Origin: Candidatus Aenigmatarchaeota archaeon
GTDB taxonomy: Archaea > Aenigmatarchaeota > Aenigmatarchaeia > PWEA01
Reading direction: 5' to 3'
Assembly (NCBI GenBank): GCA_046539325.1
Contig: JBKHHD010000006.1
Location: 3,898 to 67,897 of the forward strand
DNA length: 64,000 nt
The notes under the pieces were generated by a model. It was not told the origin of the DNA. It saw only the letters and a program-made list of their open reading frames with translations, and searched no databases. Made by a program: the position numbers and the translations under genes. This document shows, one piece after another, positions 1 through 7,878 of the stretch; positions within the stretch are counted from its first letter, which is position 1, and the number at the start of each line of letters is the position of its first letter.

Positions 1-11
1 ATTTTATAGTT

Positions 12-509
12 ATGTTTATGAATATTGCGGAAGCAGCTGAGGAAGCAGAGAAGCTTGATGAAATTCAGAAAATACTTTCTTCCGATGGTTTTCTCTGCTC
101 GGCTTACTTCATGGTAAATAAGGACAAGAAACCAGAAAGCTGGAACCTTGCATTTTACTCCGAAGAACAAAAGGAGATAACAGCCGTGAAGGTAACAGAA
201 GAAGGTGCGGAAGTAGGGGTTACAGATGCGCCGTTAAGGGAAGATACAGGTAAAATAAAGCTTGAGGAAGTTGATGTAAGTGCGGAGAAGGGCCTGGAAA
301 GGATAAAGGAAGTTCTCGAGGAAGAGTATTCAATTTCTTACGAAAAGATACTTTTTACTTTGAGAAGCGTCGATGATGGTCAGGAATGGAGGGGCGTATT
401 TGTTGGGGAAAATCTTTCAATAGTCTCTATTGCTGTGAACACAAAGACGGGTGAAGTCACGGAAAAGGAGAAGAAAAGTATGAGTCCTGGAAAGTCCCTT
501 GGTGGATAA
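12..509 (+). CDS. hypothetical acidic protein, no family recognised
   Basis: 165-aa ORF from track, ordinary non-repetitive composition, no competing frame; no motif I can name. Confidence 0.45.
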   Translation: MFMNIAEAAEEAEKLDEIQKILSSDGFLCSAYFMVNKDKKPESWNLAFYSEEQKEITAVKVTEEGAEVGVTDAPLREDTGKIKLEEVDVSAEKGLERIKEVLEEEYSISYEKILFTLRSVDDGQEWRGVFVGENLSIVSIAVNTKTGEVTEKEKKSMSPGKSLGG

Positions 510-593
510 AAGTAGGACGAGGATTGCTGAAGGAATCCTTCGAAAACCTTCCATTGAAAGATTTTTTTGCAATGTTTTTTCTAAAGAAGAAGA

Positions 594-748
594 TGGGACC
601 GCCGGGATTTGAACCCGAGATCTCCGGCTTTTACGCGTCGCGAAACAAAATTTACCGCGACGGGCCTTATAAGACCGGCGCTTTGGTCAAGTCTTTTGAT
701 GAAACTTTTTCTAAAAGTTTCTTTCTAACCAAGCTAAGCCACGGTCCC
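594..748 (-). tRNA. intron-containing tRNA, probable tRNA-Ile(UAU); ~41-nt insert in D-loop and ~38-nt intron in anticodon loop
   Basis: Minus strand reads GGGACCG-TG-GCTT..[51 nt]..AAGC-G-CCGGT-CTTATAA..[intron]..GCCGG-AGATC-TCGGG-TTCAAAT-CCCGG-CGGTCCC-A. It has a perfect 7-bp acceptor, a canonical T-arm and a 5-bp anticodon stem. Length is 155 nt, so ~80 nt must be spliced out. The anticodon call depends on the exact splice sites. Confidence 0.75.
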
Positions 749-812
749 ATACCGAAACAAGGTATAGTTGCAGTTAAAGCTTTTTATTTTTGAGCAGTTA
801 AAAAGATTTAAC

Positions 813-1700
813 ATGGCATTGGAAGGTCTGGAAGAAATAAAAGAATTTCTGGTTTCTGGTGGCTTCGATATCTTCGAGTACCCAAGAGGTTGTTTTGACC
901 TTGCAGCGAAGAGAGAAAGGCTCATGCTTCTAAAAATATTATCCAACATAGACTCGCTTCAGAGGGACCAGGCAGAGGACCTTAAAACTCTTTCAAACTT
1001 CCTTGACTCAAACTGCTTCGTGCTTGGGAAAAACACAAGGAAGGAAAAGCTTGATAATTCAGTGATATACGAACGCTTTGGGATTCCTGCTATGACACCA
1101 GAAACCTTCACCTCGGTAGTTGAAGGCAAATATCCAGATAGCTTCAGAACTAGAGGCGGGACCTTTGGGGAGATTCATCCGGAGAAGCTCAAGATACTTA
1201 GAAAAAGAAAGGACATGACACAGAAGGAAGTCGCTGGAAAGCTCGGTGTCTCACAAAAAAGCATATCAGAACACGAGTCAGGAAAGAAAAGGGCACTCAT
1301 GGACATGGTATGTGCGCTAGAAGAGCTGTTCAACGAAGAGGTCAGGAAAGGTGTGAATCCATTTGAAATAGAACCTAAATTTGAAAGGCGAGGCCATGGC
1401 AACAAGTTCTGTGAAAGGTTGGAGGATCTTGGTTTCAGGACAAGTTCTATTAGAAGAGCGCCTCCAAAAATTCTGGGCAAAAACGAGATAACTGTACTTT
1501 CCAGAACAGTAAAAAAGGGTGTACAAGATGATTTGAAATCCCTCGGGAACTTCTCAAGGATAAGCGAAGCCGAGGCCTTTGTAATAACCGATGAAGAGAT
1601 AACTGTGGAAGTACCTTCCTTGAAAGAGGGGGAATTGAAGGAGGTTGAAAATTCCCAGGAACTTGTAAAGGTAATAAAGGAAAAGAAGCATTCTGCCTGA
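813..1700 (+). CDS. archaeal XRE-family HTH transcriptional regulator (central HTH: MTQKEVAGKLGVSQKSISEHESGK)
   Basis: Track ORF 768..1700; start moved to ATG 813 (MALEGLEE) because the upstream part overlaps the tRNA gene; helix-turn-helix motif visible. Confidence 0.75.
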   Translation: MALEGLEEIKEFLVSGGFDIFEYPRGCFDLAAKRERLMLLKILSNIDSLQRDQAEDLKTLSNFLDSNCFVLGKNTRKEKLDNSVIYERFGIPAMTPETFTSVVEGKYPDSFRTRGGTFGEIHPEKLKILRKRKDMTQKEVAGKLGVSQKSISEHESGKKRALMDMVCALEELFNEEVRKGVNPFEIEPKFERRGHGNKFCERLEDLGFRTSSIRRAPPKILGKNEITVLSRTVKKGVQDDLKSLGNFSRISEAEAFVITDEEITVEVPSLKEGELKEVENSQELVKVIKEKKHSA

Positions 1701-1737
1701 AGTAAATTAATAAAGACTGAGACATGTTTGTTGCTTC

Positions 1738-2217
1738 ATGAGACTAGGACATCTTAAGCTGAGAAAAGTACTGACCGAGAAGAACAGAAAAAGGATGTTC
1801 AAAATAGGTGTGGTTCTCTTCTTTCTCGGACTGTTAACAATGATACTGTCTTTCAGGCCGCATCCAATGCTAAGCATACCGATAAAATACCTCAGCATAA
1901 CATTCACAGCTGCCTTCATAATGATACCTCTAGGAGCTCTACTCGTGATGATCTCCAGGTTCTTCTACAAGCTGACCTATATAACTGCATTGCTGGTCTT
2001 CCTGGCTTCGATGGGTATAGTAGCACATATACAGATGCAAAGCTACAGGACAAGTAGTATGGATAGATGTTGTGAGCTGTTTGTGGAGGTAGGTGGATGC
2101 GATATCCGTGAGCTACCCGGAAACTTTACGACAACCGTAGACGGAGGAGAAATGGATTGCACAAGCCTCCCACCTGGGAAAAGTGTATATAGCTGGAGAT
2201 CTATATGTGACTGCTAA
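1738..2217 (+). CDS. hypothetical membrane protein with Cys-rich C-terminus
   Basis: Three hydrophobic segments then CC..C..C..CDC tail; start uncertain (internal MFKIGVV possible). Confidence 0.4.
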   Translation: MRLGHLKLRKVLTEKNRKRMFKIGVVLFFLGLLTMILSFRPHPMLSIPIKYLSITFTAAFIMIPLGALLVMISRFFYKLTYITALLVFLASMGIVAHIQMQSYRTSSMDRCCELFVEVGGCDIRELPGNFTTTVDGGEMDCTSLPPGKSVYSWRSICDC

Positions 2218-3050
2218 TTTCTGAGGTCCTTTACCTTTTTTATGTTCCACTTGAATCCTTTTTCATCGACAGGCGTCTCAAGAACCATCGGCTTGCCCTT
2301 CAGTTTTTCGTGGTTTATTAAAATCTCAAACGGCCCTTCGCCTATTTTTCCCCTGCCTATATGTTCGTGCTCGTCCTTCTCCGATCCGAAGCTGTATTTG
2401 GAATCATTGAGATGAAGAAAATGAACGTTCTCTATCCCTATTTCTTCGTCCAGTTCTTCTAGTAGCTCCTCCAACTTTTCCTCCGTAGAGAAGTCATAGC
2501 CCGCAGAGTACATGTGGCAGGTATCCAAGCACACGCCAAGCTTGACGTAGCTGTAGTCCGAAAGATCTACCATCCTTGAGAGCTCACGGAAGGTCTTTCC
2601 CAGAGTCGTTCCTTTTCCAGCCGTGTTCTCAAGGAGAACCATTACGTCTCCAGGTATATCCAGCTTTGAAAGCCGTGAAGCAACGTTCTCTATGCCTTCC
2701 TCAACACCTGCGCCAGTGTGCGCTCCTGGATGGAAAACGTAGTAAGGTATACCCAGCTTCGCTGCAGCCTGTATTTCTGACTGCATGCATTTCAACGACT
2801 TCTTCGCTAGCTCTTCCTTGGGCGTAGCCAGATTGATAAGATAGGTGCTGTGAACTATCCAAGGTTTTACGTTCTTGTCGTTTACAAGCTTCCTGAACTT
2901 CCTCGCGTCCTCGTTTCCTGGCTCGCCTACCTTCCAGCCACGGGGCGAGCCGACAAAGATCTGACCGCAGTTTCCACCCAGTTGCTCTTCCCTTTCCACG
3001 GCCTTGTGTATACCTCCGCTTATGGAGACGTGGGCTCCCAGTCTGAACAT
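2214..3050 (-). CDS. nfo: endonuclease IV (AP endonuclease family 2)
   Basis: RLGAHVSISGG, HSTYLINLATP, HPGAH, LENTAGKG, CLDTCHMYSAGYD and HLNDSK..GS.KD.HEHIG motifs; start set to ATG 3050 (MFRLGAH), the track ORF continues upstream to 3224. Confidence 0.9.
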   Translation of the reverse strand: MFRLGAHVSISGGIHKAVEREEQLGGNCGQIFVGSPRGWKVGEPGNEDARKFRKLVNDKNVKPWIVHSTYLINLATPKEELAKKSLKCMQSEIQAAAKLGIPYYVFHPGAHTGAGVEEGIENVASRLSKLDIPGDVMVLLENTAGKGTTLGKTFRELSRMVDLSDYSYVKLGVCLDTCHMYSAGYDFSTEEKLEELLEELDEEIGIENVHFLHLNDSKYSFGSEKDEHEHIGRGKIGEGPFEILINHEKLKGKPMVLETPVDEKGFKWNIKKVKDLRN

Positions 3051-3185
3051 ACCATAACAAGGCCGTGCAAAGCTTAAAATAGTTTCCAGGAATCCACAAC
3101 CTTTAAATATGTGCATGGAGGTATATTTGCCCTGGGGTAAACCACTATTCCAATCTTCAAACACTGTTAAACAAAAACTAAGGAG

Positions 3186-4877
3186 GTGATTACTATTCCA
3201 CAAGGAGCACAAGGTGTCGGTCAACCTATCTTCATTCTGGGTGAAGACGCCGAGAGACAGAGCGGTAAAAGCGCCCAGAAGAACAACATCGCCGCTGCCA
3301 AAGCAGTTGGTGACACAGTAAGGACGACGCTAGGTCCCAAGGGAATGGACAAGATGCTTGTCGATTCGATGGGAGACATAGTAGTGACTAACGACGGTGT
3401 CACAATTCTCGACGAAATGGAAATCGAGCATCCAGCAGCAAAGATGATGGTCGAAGTAGCTAAGACGCAGGAAGAGCAGGTTGGCGACGGTACAACAACA
3501 GCCGTAGTGATCGGTTCCGAGCTTCTGAAACAAGCGGAAGACCTTCTCGACCAGGACATTCATCCTACAGTGGTCACGAGAGGATTCAACCTTGCAGCAA
3601 ACAAGGCCCTGAAGCACTTGGACGATATAAGCGAAGAGGTAGACTTTGAGAAGAACAGGGATCTTCTGAAGAACATAGCAATGACTTCCATCACAGGAAA
3701 GTCCGCTGAAAAGGCCTACGAGAAGTACGCTGATCTCGCTGTTGAAGCGATAGAGTCTATCATGGACAAAAGTGAAGGAGAAGTGAACATAGACAAGGAC
3801 GACGTCAAGATCGAGAAGAGAGAGGGAGACGGAATCAGCAGCTCAGAGCTCATTGAAGGTCTTATCATAGACAAGGAGATGGTCCATGCTGACATGCCGA
3901 AGAAGCTGAAGAATGCGAAGGTAGCTCTGATCAACACGGCCATAGAAGTAGACGAAACAGAGACAGACGCAGAGATTCAGATCTCCTCGCCAGACCAGCT
4001 AGAGAACTTCCTAGATCAGGAAGAAAAGATGCTCAAGGGTATGGTCGAGAAGATCGTTGATTCCGGAGCTGACATCGTCTTCTGCCAGAAAGGCATAGAC
4101 GACATCGCTCAGCACTACCTAGCAAAGAAAGGAATCGCTGCAGTTCGCAGGGTGAAGAGCGACGACATGGAGAGGCTTGCGAGAGCTACTGAGGCAAAGA
4201 TAGTGAACAGCCTTGACGATTTAAGCAGTGAAGACCTGGGCGAAGCAGGAAACATCGAAGAGAAAAAGGAAGGCGACAAGATGATCTACGTAAAGGACTG
4301 TAAGAGTCCGAGAACCGTTTCCCTCCTACTTACAGGAGGAACGGAGCATGTCGTCGACGAAGCAGAGAGGTCGATGAACGACGCTCTCGACTGCATAGTT
4401 ACTGCGCTCAAGTCAGGCAAGATTGTCGCAGGCGGAGGTTCCGTAGAACAGGAGCTTTCCAACAGGCTGAAGAAGTACGCGCAGTCCGAGTCAGGACGAG
4501 AGCAGCTCGCGATAAGAGCCTTTGCAGAAGCATTGGAAGTAATTCCAAGGACGCTTGCTGAGAACACAGGCCTAGATCCTGTAGACGCTCTCGTTGAGAT
4601 AAGATCTGCTCACGAACAAGGAAACGTAAACCACGGCCTAGACGTAGAGAAGGGCAAAGTAGTGAACATGAAAAAAGCTGGAGTTATAGAGCCGAAGGGG
4701 ATCAAGGAGCAGGCACTACAGTCCGCGAGTGAAGCTGCAGAAATGATTCTGAGAATCGACGACGTAGTCTCAGCTGGCGAGCTAAGCGGTGGCGACGAAG
4801 GCGGCGCACCAGGAGGAGCACCAGGCGGAATGCCAGGAGGCGGAGGAATGCCACCAGGAGCCATGGGAGGGCTCTAG
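3186..4877 (+). CDS. ths: thermosome subunit (group II chaperonin)
   Basis: [30 protein letters not shown] motifs and a GGM-type C-terminal tail ([25 protein letters not shown]); the only canonical start is GTG 3186, which sits inside an AGGAGGTG box, so the start is uncertain. Confidence 0.93.
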   Translation: MITIPQGAQGVGQPIFILGEDAERQSGKSAQKNNIAAAKAVGDTVRTTLGPKGMDKMLVDSMGDIVVTNDGVTILDEMEIEHPAAKMMVEVAKTQEEQVGDGTTTAVVIGSELLKQAEDLLDQDIHPTVVTRGFNLAANKALKHLDDISEEVDFEKNRDLLKNIAMTSITGKSAEKAYEKYADLAVEAIESIMDKSEGEVNIDKDDVKIEKREGDGISSSELIEGLIIDKEMVHADMPKKLKNAKVALINTAIEVDETETDAEIQISSPDQLENFLDQEEKMLKGMVEKIVDSGADIVFCQKGIDDIAQHYLAKKGIAAVRRVKSDDMERLARATEAKIVNSLDDLSSEDLGEAGNIEEKKEGDKMIYVKDCKSPRTVSLLLTGGTEHVVDEAERSMNDALDCIVTALKSGKIVAGGGSVEQELSNRLKKYAQSESGREQLAIRAFAEALEVIPRTLAENTGLDPVDALVEIRSAHEQGNVNHGLDVEKGKVVNMKKAGVIEPKGIKEQALQSASEAAEMILRIDDVVSAGELSGGDEGGAPGGAPGGMPGGGGMPPGAMGGL

Positions 4878-4960
4878 AACGTAAACAAACTCCCCTAAAC
4901 TCTTCTTTTTCTTTATCCCTTGCCACAAGATATTTAAGTAAGACTCACAAATCTACCAAT

Positions 4961-5560
4961 ATGTCAGAGGACGAAGTAGAGATAGAACCAGACGACGACG
5001 AAGAATACGAAGTTGTTCCACTTTCTCCTATAAGAAAGCTTGAGAAGAGAATCGATGAACTTGAAGAGAAGAAGGATGTAGGCAACGCTAAAGGAGTCTT
5101 TAACGAAGTACTCGACCTTGTAAAGGCAAACCAGAGGATGGTTGAAGAAATGGTGAAGTCCAACAGCGAGCTCAGAAGAGAGCTTGAAAAGCTTCCTGAT
5201 AAGATAGATAAGGTTACCGAGCAGTGGGATGAGTTCCTCGACATGTTAAAGAAGGGCGAAGAAAAACAAAGCGGTGCACAGCAATCGGAAGAAATGTCAA
5301 ATGAAATGAAGAAGTTGGTCGACCTCAATAAAAATTTAATAGAAAAAAACGAGGAGATGGTAGACTCGTTACGTTCTTTAAAAAGAAGTATGAGGGGCAC
5401 AGTTGGAAAGAGAAAGAGCCCGAAAGTCAGAGTAAAAAAGAATTCAGAGAAGAGGCAGCCAAAAAAGGACACAGGAAGAACCGAACAAAGAGATGAGAAT
5501 AGAAGAGGAAATCCAAGAGTAAAGATAAAGGACGATAGAAAGGGAGAAAGAGACAAATGA
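4961..5560 (+). CDS. hypothetical coiled-coil protein, acidic N-terminus and Lys/Arg-rich C-terminus
   Basis: 199-aa ORF; heptad-like E/K/L pattern; 4-nt overlap (ATGA) with the next ORF suggests co-translation; sits directly upstream of the pilin genes. Confidence 0.55.
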   Translation: MSEDEVEIEPDDDEEYEVVPLSPIRKLEKRIDELEEKKDVGNAKGVFNEVLDLVKANQRMVEEMVKSNSELRRELEKLPDKIDKVTEQWDEFLDMLKKGEEKQSGAQQSEEMSNEMKKLVDLNKNLIEKNEEMVDSLRSLKRSMRGTVGKRKSPKVRVKKNSEKRQPKKDTGRTEQRDENRRGNPRVKIKDDRKGERDK

Positions 5561-5760
5561 GAGATGAGATAAGTAACCTTGAATTTTCTGTTCTCCTGGC
5601 CTTGGCCGTTATGGTTTCTATAGCTTTCTTACTAATACCTCTACAAGGCTGGACCCAGGCACTTTACGGACGTGATCTGATACTTGAGATACTTATCTCT
5701 GTCCTGATAGTTGTCCAGGTAATTTCACTAGCCTTCCAGGTAAGGAACTACGAAGATTAG
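5557..5760 (+). CDS. small two-TM membrane protein
   Basis: 67 aa, two hydrophobic helices, start overlaps the stop of the preceding ORF. Confidence 0.45.
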   Translation: MRDEISNLEFSVLLALAVMVSIAFLLIPLQGWTQALYGRDLILEILISVLIVVQVISLAFQVRNYED

Positions 5761-5814
5761 AGAAACCATTAGGTAATATTTAAATAGGAGGCTAAGTATA
5801 ACCATATTGATAGC

Positions 5815-6252
5815 ATGAAAAGAAAAGGTGTAACCCCCGTAATTGCGATCATCATGCTTCTGCTGATCGTAGTTGTTATGGTCGGTGGTGTCTTTGCTTG
5901 GATGCAGACTATGCAGGAAGACGTAGAAGGCATGACCGAGGAGGAGCTCGCAAGTTTCATCGAAGAAGCTGAGGATCACATCAGTATAGAGAACTATGAG
6001 TGTGAATCGGGTGGATCCGATGACCCTGAGGTATCCAAGGTATACGTCAGAAACACTGACGAAGTAGATGACTACAATGTCACTGCATACGTCGATGGTG
6101 CAAAGAAAGATGAAGACATCGAATTAACAAAGGATTCTCTCACAGAGTTGTTTGATGAATCAGACTTAAGTCAAGACGATATAATGCGTGGCGACACACT
6201 TGAACTATCCATGGAAGGAGATACGATCGCCAGTGAGACGTTCAGCTGCTAG
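5815..6252 (+). CDS. archaeal type IV pilin-like protein (class III signal peptide)
   Basis: MKRKG|VTPVIAIIMLLLIVVVMVGG: basic residues plus Gly then a hydrophobic helix, the archaeal prepilin/archaellin-type N-terminus; TATA-like ATATTTAAATA upstream. Confidence 0.8.
   Translation: MKRKGVTPVIAIIMLLLIVVVMVGGVFAWMQTMQEDVEGMTEEELASFIEEAEDHISIENYECESGGSDDPEVSKVYVRNTDEVDDYNVTAYVDGAKKDEDIELTKDSLTELFDESDLSQDDIMRGDTLELSMEGDTIASETFSC
5851..5936 (+). repeat. 86-nt block identical to 6333..6418 (pilin N-terminal core)
   Basis: ATCATGCTTCTGCTGATCG...GAAGGCATGAC read identically in both genes, while the flanking codons differ even at synonymous sites. Confidence 0.9.
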
Positions 6253-6275
6253 ACCAAGGCAGAAGAGTGTGAAAC

Positions 6276-6734
6276 ATGATGAAGGGATTACTCAGTCTTA
6301 GGGATAAAGGTGTGACGCCAGTTATCGCAATAATCATGCTTCTGCTGATCGTAGTTGTTATGGTCGGTGGTGTCTTTGCTTGGATGCAGACTATGCAGGA
6401 AGACGTAGAAGGCATGACTGAGGAGCAGTTATCCGGCTTAATGGAAGAAGTGAAGGAAAGTATAAAGATAGAGAACTACCAGTGCAGTGGTGATGACATC
6501 GAGAAAATCTATGTCAGGAACAGCGACGACGTAAATAAGTACAATGTTTCTGTCTACGTAAACGGAGGCCTTGCCCTAGAAAATGTACAACTAAAACCAA
6601 ATACGTTACATGAGCTAGTAGAAGACGGTGAAGGTAATATAGATAACACATTGGACAAGGATGTAAAGCGGGGCGACACTTTGTCCATTGGATCAAAGGG
6701 CGAGATCGTCCAAAGTGAGACTTTCAGTTGCTAG
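6276..6734 (+). CDS. archaeal type IV pilin-like protein, paralog of 5815..6252
   Basis: RDKG|VTPVIAIIMLLLIVVVMVGGVFAWMQTMQEDVEGMTEE identical to its neighbour; shared ENY.C and C-terminal SETFSC. Confidence 0.8.
   Translation: MMKGLLSLRDKGVTPVIAIIMLLLIVVVMVGGVFAWMQTMQEDVEGMTEEQLSGLMEEVKESIKIENYQCSGDDIEKIYVRNSDDVNKYNVSVYVNGGLALENVQLKPNTLHELVEDGEGNIDNTLDKDVKRGDTLSIGSKGEIVQSETFSC
6333..6418 (+). repeat. second copy of the 86-nt pilin core block
   Basis: see 5851..5936. Confidence 0.9.
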
Positions 6735-6803
6735 TACTGGTTAAACAACAGTTTTATATTCTTCTCTGTAAATACATGCAATATGCTGAACTGCTCTGCC
6801 TTT

Positions 6804-7412
6804 ATGGACGGAGAAAAGGGCCAACAGGTACTGACGGCCGTTCTGCTTACTGCAGTTATATTGACAGTTTCTAGCTCCTCGTACTTCTGGGGTAGAAACA
6901 TGTTAGACAAGTCTCGGGATCAAAGGAACTTCGAAGAGATGGAGAACTTGATGAGAAATATAAACAAAAACATAATGGGGGTTTCCAGTCGCGGTGGAAG
7001 AAGGGATATGTCCATAGATCTTCCGGACGATGCTGAGTTAAGAATAAACGAAGCAGAAGAAGGGGGAATGGACAATATAACACTGAACTTCGTAGTAGAA
7101 GGACAGATGATGGCCACAGACCAGGAGATAGCTATCAAAGGATCCAAAGGTTCCGAAGCTCCTATAACCCAAGACTCTGACGTAATAGTTGCGAACTCTG
7201 AAGAATCGAATGGAAACTATCTTGTAGAGTTCAAAATATACTACAAGAACGTTACTGTAGATGGAGAACCAAGCAGTAGGATAGATATAGACGCTACAGG
7301 AAGGCTTTCAGCTATAAGTGAAAGCACAGACCTAATAATAAACCAGGGACCAACAGAACAGATAGGCGATGGAGATTTCAGCGTTAATAAAGTTGAAGTG
7401 AGAATAGTTTAG
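6804..7412 (+). CDS. pilin-like protein (class III signal peptide MDGEKG|QQVLTAVLLTAVILTV)
   Basis: KG-Q followed by a hydrophobic helix; start chosen at the second ATG (track ORF starts 6783). Confidence 0.65.
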   Translation: MDGEKGQQVLTAVLLTAVILTVSSSSYFWGRNMLDKSRDQRNFEEMENLMRNINKNIMGVSSRGGRRDMSIDLPDDAELRINEAEEGGMDNITLNFVVEGQMMATDQEIAIKGSKGSEAPITQDSDVIVANSEESNGNYLVEFKIYYKNVTVDGEPSSRIDIDATGRLSAISESTDLIINQGPTEQIGDGDFSVNKVEVRIV

Positions 7413-7424
7413 ATAGTTGGTACT

Positions 7425-7877
7425 ATGGACCAAAAAGGACAGTATCTTTCCCTGGAACAGATGATATTATTCACAGTAAGCGTAATCGTGATGGTTCTAA
7501 TATACTACTCCTTTTCAACCTTAAGGCAGAAAGCAGGTGAGTCTATAATCGAAGATCAGCTAAGAGAAGTATCAGAAATAGCTCTCGGGGGTATTTATAG
7601 AGTAGAAAACCAACATACTGATGACGGAAAAACCTACAAAAGGATAGAATATGACATACCCAAAGAAATTTCAGGGCAGATGTATAAAATTGATATAAGA
7701 GGAGGCGAAGAAGTACATATACAATCTGAAGGAGGCGAAGAAGTAGTGAAACCTATAGGTAAGCCATCCGAGAATTTAGATATAGTCAAGCAGGATGCTT
7801 TTATGGACGGAGTTTCCTCCAGAAAGGGAAAGCTTGAAATCGTGCTAGATGACAACGAGATCAAAATAGGTAGGTAA
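7425..7877 (+). CDS. pilin-like protein (MDQKG|QYLSLEQMILFTVSVIVMVLIY)
   Basis: Class III signal-peptide pattern, 150 aa. Confidence 0.65.
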   Translation: MDQKGQYLSLEQMILFTVSVIVMVLIYYSFSTLRQKAGESIIEDQLREVSEIALGGIYRVENQHTDDGKTYKRIEYDIPKEISGQMYKIDIRGGEEVHIQSEGGEEVVKPIGKPSENLDIVKQDAFMDGVSSRKGKLEIVLDDNEIKIGR

Positions 7878-7878
7878 G

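Noticed and set aside
524-949. Track ORFs 524..793(+) and 734..949(-).
   Set aside because: They overlap the intron-containing tRNA gene and the 5' end of the XRE regulator. The PPGFEP-type translation is the usual signature of translating a tRNA T-arm.
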